From positions 67,017-131,016 of the forward strand of contig CAWIFV010000016.1 in assembly GCA_963835405.1 (NCBI GenBank): a DNA stretch of 64,000 nucleotides. Reading direction: 5' to 3'. The stretch is from an uncultured Actinomycetota bacterium. GTDB taxonomy: Bacteria > Actinomycetota > Actinomycetes > JAFAQI01. The notes below the pieces were generated by a model. That model was given only the letters and a program-made list of their open reading frames with translations. It did not search any database and was not told the DNA's origin. This document shows positions 41,550 through 54,616 of this stretch, piece by piece. Positions within the stretch are counted from its first letter, which is position 1. Each line of letters begins with the position of its first letter. A program made the position numbers and the translations under genes.

Positions 41550-43869
41550 TCACACCCCTGCTTCCTGCAGCGCCGCATCCTCGGTGAGGAAGAAGTGCGG
41601 GTCTGCCGCCTGAATCGCCTGTTGGACGTCGAGCATCTCGGTGATCCGTTCCTGGATGACCGCCGAGCCGGTCACGCCGTGGTCGTCGAGGTCGCTGCGC
41701 ACGAGGTCGTCGCCGGCGTCCGCGACGATGTCGAGGATGCGGTCGACGACGAGACCGACGCTGCGTTGGCGCTCGGCGTAGACCACCACCTGCAGCTGCT
41801 CGCCGTCCCCACCGCCGCCGCCCGCACCCAGGTACGACGCCAGCCGCACCAGCGGAAGGATCTGCCCCCGGTACTGCACCACCTCGCGGCTCCCCGACGT
41901 GCTCCACGTTCGCGGGCGTGAACTCCTCCAGCCGCGTGACCATGCGCAGCGGGATGGCCATCCGCCGGTCGGCCCCGACGCCCACGACGAGCAGGGCGTC
42001 GTCGTCGGCGCGCAGGGCGCTGCCCTCGGCGGCGGCCGCGGTGACTCGCGGCTCGCGCGCCTCGCGCGACACGTGCGCGCACTCGGCGAGAGCCAGTACG
42101 TCGAGGATGAGCGCGACGGCACCGTCGCCCAGGATCGTCGCGCCGGCGTACATGCCGACCGCCTTGAGCCGGCGGCTCAGCGGCTTGACGACGATCTCCT
42201 CGGTGTTGAGGACTCGGTCGACGACGAGGCCGAACTGCTCTCCGTCTGCCTGCAGCACCGCGATGTAGATGGCTTCCCTGGCCTCCGCCGACTCGTCGGC
42301 GACTCCCAGCACCTCGTCGAGGTAGACGAGCGGCAGCAGCTTGCCCGCGCAGTCGGTAGACCCGCGCGCCGGAGATCTCCTCGATCCCGCGCACGGCCTG
42401 CTCGCCCTCGAGCGACACCAGCTCGACGCAGCCCGACCTGCGGGATCGGCGTACCGGTCGCCGGCGCACTCGACGGTCAGGGCCGGGATGATGGCCAGCG
42501 TCAGCGGGATCTTCAGCCGGACCGTCGTGCCCGACGCCGCGCTCGCTCGCGACGTCGACCGTGCCGCCGATCTTCTCGATGTTGGTCTTGACGACGTCCA
42601 TCCCGACGCCGCGGCCGGACACGTTGGTGACCGCGTCGGCGGTGGACAGCCCGGGCAGGAAGATCAGGTTGACCAGCTCACGCGGCGACATCTGGGCGAC
42701 CTGCTCGCGGGAGAGCAGCCCGGCCTGAACCGCCTTCGCGGCCACGGCCTCCGACTCGATCCCGGCGCCGTCGTCGCGGATCTCGATGTTGACCTGGCCG
42801 CCCTCGTGGAACGCGCGCAGCAGCAGCTGCCCCTCCGCCGGCTTCCCCGCGCCGGACCCGGTCCTCCGGCGGCTCGATCCCGTGGTCGACGGCGTTGCGG
42901 ACCAGGTGGGTGATCGGGTCCTTGACGGCCTCGAGGATGGTCTTGTCGAGCTCGGTGTCGCTTCCCTCCATGTCGAGCACGACCCGTCGCCCGCACGCCA
43001 TGCCCAGGTCGCGGACCACCCGCGGCAGCCGGTTCCAGACGTTGTCGATCGGCTGCATCCGCGTCTTCATGACGCCTTCCTGCAGCTCGCTGGCGATGAG
43101 GTTGAGCCGCTGGGACGCGCGCAGCAGCCCGCCCTCGCGCATCTCCACCGTGTGCGCCACGATCTGGTTGCGGGTGAGCACCAGCTCGCCGACCAGCCGC
43201 ATCAGCGTGTCGAGCAGGTCGACGTCGACCCGGATCGTGCTGTCCGCGATCGACCGCTTGGCGTCGGCCTGGGCCTCTGCCGCCTCCGCCAGCTGGTGGC
43301 GGGCGGCGCCGTGCTCGACGAGGATCTCGCCGAGCGGGCGCTGGTCACCGGCCTGCTGCTCGAGCAGCGCGCCGTCGAGCTGCTCGGGGGTGATCGCCCC
43401 GTGCTCGAGCGCGATCTCGCCGATCAGCGACTCGGCCACCGGCGCGGGCGCGGGCGTTGCGGCCGGCTCGTCCTCGGCTGCGCCCGGCTGCTGCAGCCGT
43501 TGCAGCTTGTCGACCAGCTCGCTGGTGGTGCGCGTCCTGCTCGCCGCCGGTCTCCTCGATCGTCGCGAGCAGCCCGCGGACGACGTCGACGAGCTCGAGC
43601 AGCGCGGACGCGCGCTCGGCGTCCAGGTCGAGCACCCCGTCGCGCAGCTTGCTGAGCAGGCTCTCCCCGGCATGCGTCACGGACTCGAGCTCGTTGAACG
43701 CGAGGAACCCGCTGGTGCCCTTGATGGTGTGAATCGTGCGGAAGACGCTGGCGAGCAGGTCACGCGAGTCCGGCGACTGCTCGAGCGACACGAGATCGCG
43801 GTCGAGCTGGTCGAGGTTCTCGTGGCTCTCGACCAGGAACTCCTGGACGATGTCGTCGAGGTCGCTCAT
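41550..43869 (-). CDS. cheA: Chemotaxis histidine kinase with two C-terminal CheW domains, frameshifted
   Basis: FRTIHTIKG, IRVDVDLLD, HLVRNAVDHGIE, SGRGVGMDVV, two CheW-like domains. Confidence 0.95.
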
Positions 43870-43938
43870 CTGCTCTCCAGGTCACGTCGCTTCATCGTGA
43901 TGCCGCGCGCACCGATCCGAGCGGCTCTCGTCACGACC

Positions 43939-43966
43939 TCATCGACCCGACACGGGCGGATCTGAG
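43939..43966 (-). promoter_or_regulatory. FliA-type promoter for cheA
   Basis: CTCA-N16-GTCGATGA. Confidence 0.65.
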
Positions 43967-43987
43967 CGAACAACTCTCGGCGAACTC

Positions 43988-44015
43988 CTCAGATGACCCG
44001 GGCGCGCACCGATGG
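43988..44015 (+). promoter_or_regulatory. FliA-type promoter for flgB
   Basis: CTCA-N16-ACCGATGG. Confidence 0.65.
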
Positions 44016-44115
44016 AGGCGACGAGCAAGGACTGCTCACCCGGCGCCATGGATCGGCGAGCCGTGCCGAGGTCTGCCGTGCGCCTTCACCCCAGCTCCCT
44101 GCCGCGGGCGACGCG

Positions 44116-44460
44116 ATGAGCGACGACGTCATCGCCGTGCTCGCCACCGCGCTGCGCGGCCTCGCCGACCGGCAGCGGGTGACCGCGGACAACATCGCCA
44201 ACGTGCAGACGCCGGGGTTCCAGGCCGGTCGGGTCGACTTCGAGTCGAGCCTGCGCAACGCCCTGCTCACCGGTCAGCAGCCGGACGGGACGGTCATGGA
44301 GACCCGGTCCGGCGCCCCCAGCCGGCCGGACGGCAACAACGTCAACCTCGACGACGAGACCGTGTCGACGGTGGAGACGGGCTTGCAGTACCAGCTCGTC
44401 GTGTCGGCCCTCAACGCGAAGTACCAGCTGCTGCGGACCGCTATCAAGGGTGAGGCGTGA
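44116..44460 (+). CDS. flgB: Rod protein FlgB
   Basis: ADNIANVQTPG, VDFE, DGNNVNLD. Confidence 0.93.
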   Translation: MSDDVIAVLATALRGLADRQRVTADNIANVQTPGFQAGRVDFESSLRNALLTGQQPDGTVMETRSGAPSRPDGNNVNLDDETVSTVETGLQYQLVVSALNAKYQLLRTAIKGEA

Positions 44461-44866
44461 TGGCGCTGTTCGGCTCCATCGACATGGCCGGGAGCGCGCT
44501 CACGGTCTATCGGACCTGGCTCGACGCGGTGTCGGACAACATGAGCAACCTGTCGACGGTGCGACGCACGAGCGACCCCGCGTTCCAGGAGCGGTTCGTG
44601 GTCGCGGAGTCGGATCGCTTCGGGCGGCACGGCGGGTCGGTCGCGGGATCGACTTCGGCAACGCCGCGGGCCGCCTCGTCTACGAGCCGAACCACCCGCT
44701 CGCCGACGCGAAGGGCATAGGTGCCGCTACCCCGACATCGACCTCGGCGAGCAGATGACGCAGCATGCTGCTCGCCCAGCGCGGCTACCAGGCCAACCTC
44801 GCCGTCGTCGACCGTGCCAACGAGGCCTACACCGAGGCGCTGCAGATCGGGCGGCCGCACGATGAG
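44460..44866 (+). CDS. flgC: Rod protein FlgC, frameshifted
   Basis: [23 protein letters not shown]. Confidence 0.88.
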
Positions 44867-45180
44867 CATCGGCCCCGATCCCTGCCGACCGCGGTCGCCC
44901 GGCGTCGGCGGCGCCACCGGCCCGCCGCCCGACCCGCGCGCCGCAGCCCACCGACGCGCCAGGGCTTCGGCGACCTGGTCGCCCAGGGGCTCGACCAGCG
45001 TCCAGCGATGCAGACCCACGCCGACCAGCTCGCCGTGCAGGCGGCGACCGGCGACCTGCAGTCGACGTCCACGACTACATGATCGCCAGCACCGAGGCGC
45101 AGCTCGCGACCGAGCTCACCGTCGCCGTGCGCAACAGGGCGGTCGAGGCGTTCAACGACATCATGCGGATGCAGGTCTGA
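44862..45180 (+). CDS. fliE: FliE, frameshifted
   Basis: C-terminus [19 protein letters not shown]. Confidence 0.88.
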
Positions 45181-46806
45181 CGGGCTCGACACGGCACGCC
45201 TGGCGGCGCGCGCACGGGGTGTCGTCAACGGCTTCACGCCCGGGCAGAAGGTCGATCACGGCGCTCGGCGCTGATCGCGCTCGTCGCCGGCGTGCTGATG
45301 TTCGGCAAGTGGGCGTCGCAGGCCCGTCGTACGTGCCGCTGTTCACCAACCTGTCCAGCACCGACGCGGCGGCCATCACCGACGAGCTCGCCAGCGCCAA
45401 GGTGCCGTACGAGCTCAGCGACGGCGGCCAGACCGTGCTGGTCCCGCAAGTCGCAGGTGTACCAGCTGCGGCTCGACCTGACGCGGCCGGCCTGCCCAAG
45501 GGTCGGCAGCGGCTACACGCTGCTCGACAAGCAGGGGATCACCACCTCGGAGTTCCAGCAGCGGGTCGACTACCAGCGCGCGCTCGAGGGCGAGCTGGCC
45601 AAGACGATCGGGGCGATCGACGGCGTCCAGGCGGCGGCCGTGCACCTCGCCGTGCCCGAGCAGGACGTGTTCGTCGACAACGCGAGCAAGCCGTCCGCGT
45701 CGGTGCTGCTGCAGGCGCGCCCCGGCCAGCGCATGGCGGCCGGACAGCGTCCAGGCCGTCGTGCAACCTGGTCGCCTCCAGCGTCGTGGGCATGACGCCG
45801 GACGCGGTCACCGTCGCCGACCGCCGACGGCGAGTGCTGTCGGCACGCCGGCGACGGGCGGCGACGACGCACGACCGGCGAGCGCACGGACCGACGCCGA
45901 CGCCGCAGCTCCGAGGAGCGGTCGCCTCCGGCGTGCAGCAGATGCTGGACCGCGGTGGTCGGCCCCGGGCACTCCGTCGTGCGGGTCGAGCGCGGACCTG
46001 GACTTCGACAAGCGCGAACACGACGACCGAGCAGCTACGTCGCAGGACCCGAAGTCGGTCCGCCGAGCGCAGTCGAGCATCGCGACGGAGAGCTACACCG
46101 GCAACGGGGCCGGGGCCGGCGGCGTCCTCGGCACCAGCTCGTCGGGCGTCACGACGCACGACCGGCAGCGGCAACGGCAGCTACAGCCGGCGGGAGCGAG
46201 GTACCGCGACTACGCCGTCGGCAAGGTCACCGAGAACAGGCCAGTCGGCGCCCGGCTCGGTCAAGCGGCTGTCCGTCGCCGTCATCCTCGACGAGCGCGC
46301 GGCCGGCACCGTCGACACGGCGGAGGTCGAGCGAGCTCGTCATCGACGCCGCCGGGGTGCGTCCCCAGCCGCGGCGACAGCATCGTGGTCAGCCGGATGC
46401 CGTTCGACGAGACAGCGGCGACGGCCGCCCAGGAGGAGCTCAAGCCGCCGCCGGCCGCGAAGCAGCGCAAGGACCTGTTGGGCCTCGCGAAGACCGTCGC
46501 GGCGTTGCTCGCGGTCGTCATCGTGGTCCTGCTGCGCCCTCCGCTCCGGCCGGCGGCAGCGGTGCCGGCTCCGTCGACGCCGCGGAGCACCGGCGAGCTG
46601 GACGCCGCCCGGCGCGGGCGTCGCGGCGTACGTCGAGCGACGCTCCGTGGAGGTGGCGGCAGCCGCCAGCTCGAGGCGTCGCCCGGCGACCGTCGCGGAC
46701 GCGCGCCGCCGGGAGATGCGCGACGAGATCGGGGACCTGGTCGAGCGCCAGCCCGAGGAGGTCGCCGCAGCTGCTGCGCGGCTGGCTGGCCGACCGGCGG
46801 AGCTGA
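45181..46806 (+). CDS. fliF: MS-ring protein, heavily frameshifted, start uncertain
   Basis: PLFTNLS, GYTLLDKQG, YQRALEGEL, VKRLSVAV, LLRGWLADRRS. Confidence 0.88.
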
Positions 46807-47833
46807 GGCGGCGACCAGTCCAGCGCGCTGCCCGGGCTGCAGAAGGCCGCCGTCCTGCTGGTCCAGCTCGGCACCGAGCGCTCGGCCAAGGTGCTCATGG
46901 CCAGCTCCGGGAGAGCGAGGTCGAGGAGATCACCGCCGAGATCGCCCGGCTCACGAACGTCGAGGCCGAGAACGTCGACGCAGGTGCTGGACGAGTTCCC
47001 ACGATGCTCGACGCGCCGTCGCTACTGCGGCAGGGCGGCCTGGCCTTCGCCCGGAGGTGCTCGAGGCGTCCCTCGGCGCCGAGAAGGCCCAGGAGATCCT
47101 CGACCGGCTCAGCCGCCGTGCTCACCGAGATGCCGTTCGAGTTCCTGCGCCGGGCCGACCCCCGCCAGGTGCTGTCGTTCCTGTCCGACGAGCACCCGCA
47201 GACGATCGCGCTGGTGCTCGCGCACATGCGGCGCCGAGCAGGCCGCGATCGTGCTCGGCGGGCTGCCCGACCGGACGTCCAGGCCGACGTCGCGCTGCGC
47301 GTGGCGACCATGGAGCGCACCTCCCCCGAGGTCATCCGCCAGGTCGAGGCCGGGCTCGAGCGCAAGCTGTCGTCGGTGCTGCAGCCGTCCGAGCTGTCGT
47401 CGGTCGGCGGCGTGCAGCCGCTGGTCGACATCATCAACCACTCCGACCGGGCGACCGAGCGGCTGATCCTCGAGGGTCTCGAGCAGCGCGACCCGGAGCT
47501 GGCCGAGGAGGTCCGCAGCCGGATGTTCGTGTTCGAGGACATCGTCGACGCTCGACGACCGGTCGGTGCAGCTGGTGCTGCGCCAGGTCGAGATGGCCAG
47601 GACCTCGCGATCGCGCTCAAGGGCGTGCCGCCCGGACGTGCGCGACAAGATCCTGAAGAACATGTCCGAGCGGGCGTCGCAGAACCTCGTCGAGGAGATC
47701 GAGATGCTCGGCCCGGTGCGGCTGAAGGCCGTCGAGGAGGCCCAGGCCGAGGTCGTGCGGGCCATCCGCGCCCTCGAGGAGGCCGGGCAGATCGTCGTGA
47801 CCAGAGGTGCCGACGATGAGTTCGTCTGCCTGA
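46807..47833 (+). CDS. fliG: Motor switch FliG, frameshifted
   Basis: QKAAVLL, PFEFL, EHPQTIAL, MFVFED, NMSERA. Confidence 0.9.
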
Positions 47834-48540
47834 CCCGGGCCGTGCTGCGCGGCATCGGCGCGTCGCAGGCCCAGCCCGCCCGGCTCGACGTGGACCTGCG
47901 CACCAGCCCGCTGGCCAGCGGTGCGCGATGGACGCCCGGCTGTTCGACCCGCACCTGGCCGCGCTGTTCGAGGAGGCCGCCGCGCCGCGTCCGCGCCGAG
48001 GCGTACGACGACGGCTTCGCGCGAGGCCTGCGTGCCGGTGCGGCAGCGGGCCGGGCGGAGGCCGACGCCGAGCGCGCCGCCGCGCCGTCCGGCGCGGAGG
48101 CGGAGCAGGAGCGGCACGACGCCGCCATGCGCTCCGCCGTCGTCGCGCTCCGCGCCGCCGCTCGGCAGCTCGAGCAGCGCGGCCGCGGCCGGGCTCGCCG
48201 CCGTCGAGGACGAGATCGTCGCCGCGGCGCTGACCCTCGCGCGCGCGGTCGTGCGGGCACGAGCTGGCCGCCGGGTCGGGGCGCGGCGCACGCCGCGCTG
48301 CGCCGCGCGCTGGCCCTCGCACCGGACGGCGCACCCGTCGTCGTACGCCTCCACCCGGACGACGTCGCCACCGTCGCGGGCTATGCCGAGACGCTCGGCA
48401 CGCACCGCGTCACCGTCGTCGCGCGACGACACGGTCGAGCGCGGCGGGTGCCTGGCCGACTCGGCGCCGTGCACGTCGACGCCCAGCCTCAGCACCGCCC
48501 TGGCACGGGTGCGCGGAGGCGCTGCGGCGATGTCGCGTGA
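47816..48540 (+). CDS. fliH: FliH, frameshifted
   Basis: AYDDGFARG repeats, VRLHPDD, ERGGC. Confidence 0.8.
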
Positions 48541-49862
48541 CCGACCGCGTCCGCGCCGCCGCGGAGGCCGCCGCACCCGTCGTCACGGGCGAGGTACGCC
48601 GCGTCGTCGGTCTCACGGTCGAGGTGGCCGGGATCGACGTCCGCCGATCGGCGACGCCGTCGCGCATGCGCACACGCCGCACGGCCCGGTCCCGGCCGAG
48701 GTCGTCGCCCTGGCGAGCACGGCGGCTGATCTGCATGCCGCTCGGCGAGCTCTGCGGGCGTCCGGTCGGCTGCCCGGTCGTGCCGCTGCGCCGGCCGCTG
48801 CACCGTCCGGTCGGTGCCGGCCTGCTCGGCCGCGTCCTCGACGGCCTCGGCCGATCCGATCGACGGCGGCCCGCCGCTCACCGGCGTGGTCGAGGTCGCC
48901 GCTCGACGGCACGCCACCGCACCCGCTGACGCGCGCCGGCGGATCGACACCCAGCTCGGCCTCGGCGTGCGGGCGCTCGACACGCTCGTCCCGTGCGGCC
49001 GCGGCCAGCGGCTCGGCATCTTCGCCGGCTCGGGCGTCGGCAAGTCGAGCCTGCTGTCGATGATCGCCCGCGGGCACCGAGGCCGACGTGTCGGTGCATC
49101 GCGCTCGTCGGCGAGCGCGGCCGTGAGGTCCGCGAGTTCATCGAGCACGACCTCGGCCCCGAGGGCCTGGCCCGGTCGGTCGTCGTCGTCGCCACCTCGG
49201 ACGAGCCCGCGCTGCGTGCGGCTGCGCGCCGCGTTCACCGCCACCCGCATCGCCGAGTGGTTCCGCGACGACGCGGCGCAGCGACGTCGTGCTGATGATG
49301 GACAGCCTCACCCGCTTCGCCATGGCCCAGCGCGAGGTCGGGCTGTCGGCCGGCGAGCCGCCGGCGACCCGCGGCTACCCGCCGTCGGTGTTCGCGCTGC
49401 TGCCCGCGCTGCTCGAGCGGGCCGGGACCGCGGCCGAGCCGGCAGCATCACCGGCCTCTACACCGTGCTGGTCGAGGGCGACGACATGAACGAGCCCGAT
49501 CGGCGACGCCGCCCGCTCGATCCTCGACGGCCACATCGTGCTCGACCCGCCGGCTGGCCACCGCCGGCCACTTCCCGAGCATCGACGTGCTCGAGTCGGT
49601 CTCGCGGCGTGACCGGCGCCGTCACCACGCCGGAGCAGCGGGCGAGCGGCGACCGAGCTGCGCCGGCTGCTGGCCGCCTACCGCGACGCGCGCGACCTCA
49701 TCGAGATCGGGGCCTACGTCGCCGGCACCAACCCGCTGGTCGACCGGGCGATGGCGCTGCAGGCCGGCGATCGACGGCGTTCCTGCGCCAGGACATCGCA
49801 CGACGCCGTCAGGCCGTGGCGGAGGCTGGGCCGCGCTCCGGCACGCGGTGGTGGCGGCATGA
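48537..49862 (+). CDS. fliI: Export ATPase FliI, frameshifted
   Basis: [34 protein letters not shown]. Confidence 0.93.
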
Positions 49863-50299
49863 AGCGCTACCGGTTCCGGCTGGCGACGGTGCTGCGCGTG
49901 CGCGCCGTCGAGGAGGAGCGCGCCGCGCCGGCGCTGCGCGAGTCGCAGCGCGCCGCCGACGCGGGCCCGGGCCGACGAGCAGCGGGCGCGGGCCGCGCTC
50001 GACCGCCGCCGCGGCGCCGGCAGCGACGTCGACACGGCCGAGCTCGCCGCGCAGCAGGCGAGCGGCCAGCGGCGCGCGCCGCAGGTGCGCGTGACCGACG
50101 GACACGGCTGATGAGCCGCCGAGATGGCGGCGCGGACCGAGCGCAGCGGGTGGCGCGCCGCCGCCGCGCGGGTCCGCGCACTGGAGCGGCTCGACGAGCG
50201 CCACCGGGCCCGGCGAGCACGCGCCGAGGTGCTCCGCGACGAGCAGCGGCGAGTCGACGAGGTCGACCACCGCCGCGCGACGGGAGGCGGACGCGGTGA
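49859..50299 (+). CDS. fliJ: FliJ-like protein, frameshifted
   Basis: [21 protein letters not shown]. Confidence 0.75.
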   Translation: MKRYRFRLATVLRVRAVEEERAAPALRESQRAADAGPGRRAAGAGRARPPPRRRQRRRHGRARRAAGERPAARAAGARDRRTRLMSRRDGGADRAQRVARRRRAGPRTGAARRAPPGPASTRRGAPRRAAASRRGRPPPRDGRRTR

Positions 50300-51250
50300 C
50301 CGCCCGCCTGGACCTGCCGTCTCCCGGGTCGCGGCGCTCCAGCAGCTGGTGCGGCAGGCCCGCTTCGGCGGCACCGCCCGACCGGCTGCGACTCGACGCT
50401 GCGAGCGGTCACGGAGCGCCGCCCCGGCCGCCCCGGCCGCGGCGACGGCCGCCGCGAGCGGACGCCGCGCCGCGGCACCGTCACGGGCGGCGACGTCGTC
50501 GCCGCCGCCAAGCGCTACCTCGGCGTGCCCTACCGGTGGGGCGGCACCGACCCGGCGACCGGCCTCGACTGCTCCGGGTTCGTGCAGCGCGTCTACCGCG
50601 ACCTCGGCGTCGACGCTGCCGCGGGTGAGCCGCGACCAGGCCCGCGCCGGGCCGACCGGTGCCGCTCGGCGCAGGCGCGGCCCGGCGACCTCGTCGCCTT
50701 CGGCGACGCCCGTCGACCACATCGGCATCTACGTCGGCGACGGCCAGATGATCGTGGCGCCCCGACACCGGCGACGTCGTCAAGGTCGCAGCCGATCACC
50801 CGGACCCCGTCGACCGTGCGTCGGATCGTGGGGGCGGCCGCGACCGGGAACGACCGGTGCGGCGCGCACCGGCGTCGTACGACGCGCTGTTCGCGGCGGC
50901 GTCGGCGCCGCACGGCGTGCCCCAGCGCTGCTGCGGGCCGTGGCCCAGGCGGAGTCCGGCTTCGACCCCCGCGCGGTCAGCACCGCCGGCGCGCATCGGC
51001 CTCATGCAGCTGATGCCGGACACCGCGCGCGGCCTCGGCGTCGACCCCTGCGACCCGGCCCAGGCCGTCGACGGCGCCGCCCGCCTGCTCGCCGGCAACC
51101 TCAAGCAGCTTCGGCACGTGGTCGCTCGCGCTGGCCGCCTACAACGCCGGGCCCCGGCGCGGTGCACCGGTACGGCGGCGATCCCGCCGTACGCCGAGAC
51201 CCAGGCCTACGTCACCCGGCGTGCTGTCCCTCGCCGGTCTGGAGGCCTGA
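50296..51250 (+). CDS. NlpC/P60 plus SLT lytic transglycosylase fusion, frameshifted
   Basis: [44 protein letters not shown]. Confidence 0.85.
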
Positions 51251-52596
51251 TGCTCTCGCTGACCCCGACCCCGGCAGCCCGCCCGCCACCGCACCGGCAC
51301 CCGCCGGTGACAGCCGCGCCCCGACGGACGCCGGAACCGACGCGGACGCGGCTGGGCACCGGCGGCTGCGACCCCGGTGGGTTCGGCGCCGGTGCTCGCC
51401 ACCGCGCTCGCGGCCGCCGGGCGCGGCAGCGGCACCGGCACCGGCACCGGCAAGGACGGCGGCGGCAGCGGCAAGGGCGGCAAGGACACCGGCACCGGCA
51501 CCGGCACCGGCACCGGCACCGACACCGTCGCGAGCAGCGGCGGGGTCGCGCCGGACCTCGCGACCGAGGCGGCGGCGAGCGGCGCGGCACCCGTCCAGGT
51601 CCCAGCCAGCCAGGTCCCAGCCAGCCAGATCCCAGCCAGCCAAGTCGCACCGCCCGCGATCGGAACGACGCCGGCCGCGACGACCGACGAGACGGCCGGC
51701 CACACCGGCCACGGGCCCGCGGCCGCCGTCCTCGCGGCCGCGGCGACCACGCGGCTGGCACCCGTCGTGCCCGGCGCGCCCGCCGCCCCCACCGGCGGCG
51801 ACGGCGCGGCGCTCCCGCACCCCGCCCGGTGCCCGGCTCGACGACCGTGACCGGCACCGCCACGCTCACCGCCCGGCCGCCCGGCACGCCGGCACCGTCG
51901 GGCCGGGTGGGGACGGGGCCGGCCACGCGCCGGTCACGGTCGTCGAGGCGGCCACCGCGGTGCTCGCCCCCACGACGCCCGCGGGAGCGCCCGGCGCCGG
52001 CGAGGCGCGCCGCCCGCCCCGTCCCCGTCGTGACCGGGCCGGCGCCCACGGCACCGGACCGTTCGACCGACGGCCCGGTCGTGGTGGCGGCCGCCGTGCC
52101 GGCGCCCTCGACGCAGGCGGCCACCCCGACGCCCGCGGTCGCGCCGACGCTGCCCGCCGCTCCCGAACCGGTCGCCACCCAGCTGGTCCGCCCGTCACCC
52201 CGCTGCGTCACGACGAGCGACGGCAGCTACCGGCTCTCACTGCAGCTGCATCCCGCCGAGCTGGGCGCCGTGCACGTGGACGTGCAGCTGCACGCCGGGG
52301 AGGTGAGCCTGCACCTCCAGGCGGAGCACGCGCCGTCCGCCCAGGCCCTGCTCGCGGCGCCTCCCGGACCTGCGGCACCAGCTGGAGTCCACCGGGGTCC
52401 ACGCCGGTGATCCTCGACGTGTCCACCGGCGGGCCCGGCTCGGGCGCAGCCACGCCGCACCGCCCGACGCCGACGCGGGCGCCGGCCCCGCCGGGGCGAC
52501 GGCGAGCCGCAGCAGGCGAGACCCGGACACCATCCGCAGCCGCACGACCAGTCTCGCCACCGCCGCACCGACGCCGGCGTCGACGTGCGGATCTAG
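51250..52596 (+). CDS. fliK: Hook-length control protein, frameshifted
   Basis: Low-complexity N-terminus; [13 protein letters not shown]; position before flgD. Confidence 0.82.
51431..51646 (+). repeat. Tandem repeats in fliK
   Basis: (GGCACC)x3 at 51431 and x5 at 51491; 15-mer CAG(G/A)TCCCAGCCAGC x3 at 51596-51640. Confidence 0.85.
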
Positions 52597-52605
52597 GAGC
52601 GCTGG

Positions 52606-53100
52606 ATGCGCCTCGACCCGCTCGACCAAGCATCGCCTCCGCGTCGGGCACCGGGGCCGCCTCGACGACACCGTCCGCGACCGCCCCGGCGGACCAGTAC
52701 GGGAAGGACACGTTCCTCAAGCTGCTGGTCGCCCAGCTGCGGTACCAGGACCCGATGAACCCCGTGGACAGCACGGAGTTCATCGCCCAGACCGCGCAGT
52801 TCACGATGGTGGAGCAGCTCGACGAGCTCGCCGAGCGGCATCGGCCCAGCTGCTCGCCGGCACGCGTGGCCGGGAAGCGACGTCGACTGCCGGGCAGGCG
52901 CCGTGACCTACACCGGCGACCGCGACGGGCACTGCCGGCCGACCGGCGACCGTCGACGCCGTGCCGAGCTCAACGGCGCAGCCCCGGTCCTGACCGTCAA
53001 CGGCACCCAGGTCGCGTCGACACCCGTGGTGCACCGTCTCCACCAGCACGCCGACGCCGGCACCACCGACCGCACGGCACCGGACACCGACCGCGACCAG
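52606..53100 (+). CDS. flgD: Hook capping protein, frameshifted, end approximate
   Basis: [25 protein letters not shown]. Confidence 0.88.
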
Positions 53101-53157
53101 CACTCCACGGACGGGCCGACCGCGGTCCTGATCCGGCCCACCGCCAGAGGAAGCTCC

Positions 53158-54427
53158 ATGCTGCGATCCATGTTCTCCGGCGTCTCCGGGCTGCGCGGCC
53201 ACCAGACGATGATGGACGTCGTCGGCAACAACATCGCCAACGTCAACACCGTCGGCTACAAGTCCAGCCAGGTCGTCTTCCAGGACCTGCTCAGCCAGAT
53301 GCTCCAGGGCGCCGGCACTGCCCCAGGCGGCGAGGCGCGGCGGCACCAACCCGGCGCAGGTGGGCCTCGGCGTGCGAGCTCGGCGGCATCGACGACCAAC
53401 TTCGCCCAGGGCGCCACCCAGCTCACCGGCCGCGCGACCGACATGGCGATCCAGGGCGACGGCTTCTTCGTCGTCCGCAAGGGCGGCGAGACCTCTACAC
53501 CCGGGCCGGCGCGTTCACCTTCGACGCCAACGGCCGCTGCGTCACCCCCGACGGCGGCGATCGTGCAGGGCTGGACGGCCGACGCGAACGGCGTCGATCA
53601 ACCCGAACGGCGCCGTCGGCGACATCACGCATGCCCGCTGGGCACGCTGCTCCCGCCCACCGAGACCACGACGGCGTCACCATGGGCGGCAACCTGCCGC
53701 CAACGACGCCGACGCGCCGGCCCCCGCCACGCACGACCTCGCAGCTCGATCGCCATCTACGACGAGCAGGGCGAGGCGACACACGCCACCATCACGTTCG
53801 CCAAGACCGCCACGCCGAACGACGTGGGACGTCGCCGTCCAGGCTCGACCGGCCGACGCCGCCGCCACCGACCTCGGCACGGTCACCTTCGACCGGCGAC
53901 CGGCGCCTCGCCAGGCCGTCGCGCCGGCGCACCGTCGACGCCGACGGCGACCGTGGGCACGTTCGGCCACGCGCCGCCGGTCGGCACCGTCGGCCGCGAC
54001 CGAACGGCGCTGACGCAGTTGCCGGCAGGCCAACACCGTCGAGGCGACCGACGCAGGACGGCTCCGCCTGGGCTCCCTGCAGTCGTTCACCATCTCCCCG
54101 GACGGCACCGTCATCGGCGTGTTCTCCAACGGGCTGAAGCAGCGCTGCGCAGATCGCCCTCGCCAACTTCACCAACCCGCCCGGGCTGGAGAAGGTCGGG
54201 GAGCTCGCTCTACCGGCCATCGGTCAACTCGGGCCTGGCGCAGGTCGGCATGGCCGGCACCGGCGGCCGCGGCACGCTCGCCAGCGGCACGCTGGAGATG
54301 TCCAACGTCGACCTCGCCGCAGGAGTTCACCAACCTGATCGTCGCCCAGCGCGGCTTCCAGGCGAACTCCCGGGTCATCACCGCCTCCGACGAGATCCTC
54401 CAGGACCTGGTCAACCTCAAGCGCTGA
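53158..54427 (+). CDS. flgE: Hook protein, frameshifted
   Basis: [43 protein letters not shown]. Confidence 0.92.
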
Positions 54428-54441
54428 CGGCCCGTGGCGCC

Positions 54442-54521
54442 TCCCGCCCTGCGTTGACCGTGGCGGCGGCCCCCGCCGCGCCCCTCCGGCGCGGCCGCCG
54501 CCACCGTCACGGGGGGCGGGA
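54442..54521. terminator. Long imperfect inverted repeat after flgE
   Basis: TCCCGCCC..GTGGCGGCGGCC pairs with GGCCGCCGCCAC..GGGCGGGA. Confidence 0.5.
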
Positions 54522-54534
54522 CCTGAGCATCTCG

Positions 54535-54562
54535 CTCAGCACCACGCGCCCGCGGCCGATGG
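54535..54562 (+). promoter_or_regulatory. FliA-type promoter for flbD-motAB
   Basis: CTCA-N16-GCCGATGG. Confidence 0.7.
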
Positions 54563-54616
54563 GACAACAGTCATCCACGGACGGGTGGCGGCGTACTCCA
54601 CGGACGGAGCGGATCG

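Noticed and set aside
50296-51250. NlpC/P60-SLT fusion as a novel or phage-derived gene
   Set aside because: It sits in the fliJ-fliK slot, consistent with a flagellar wall hydrolase, and has no phage neighbours.
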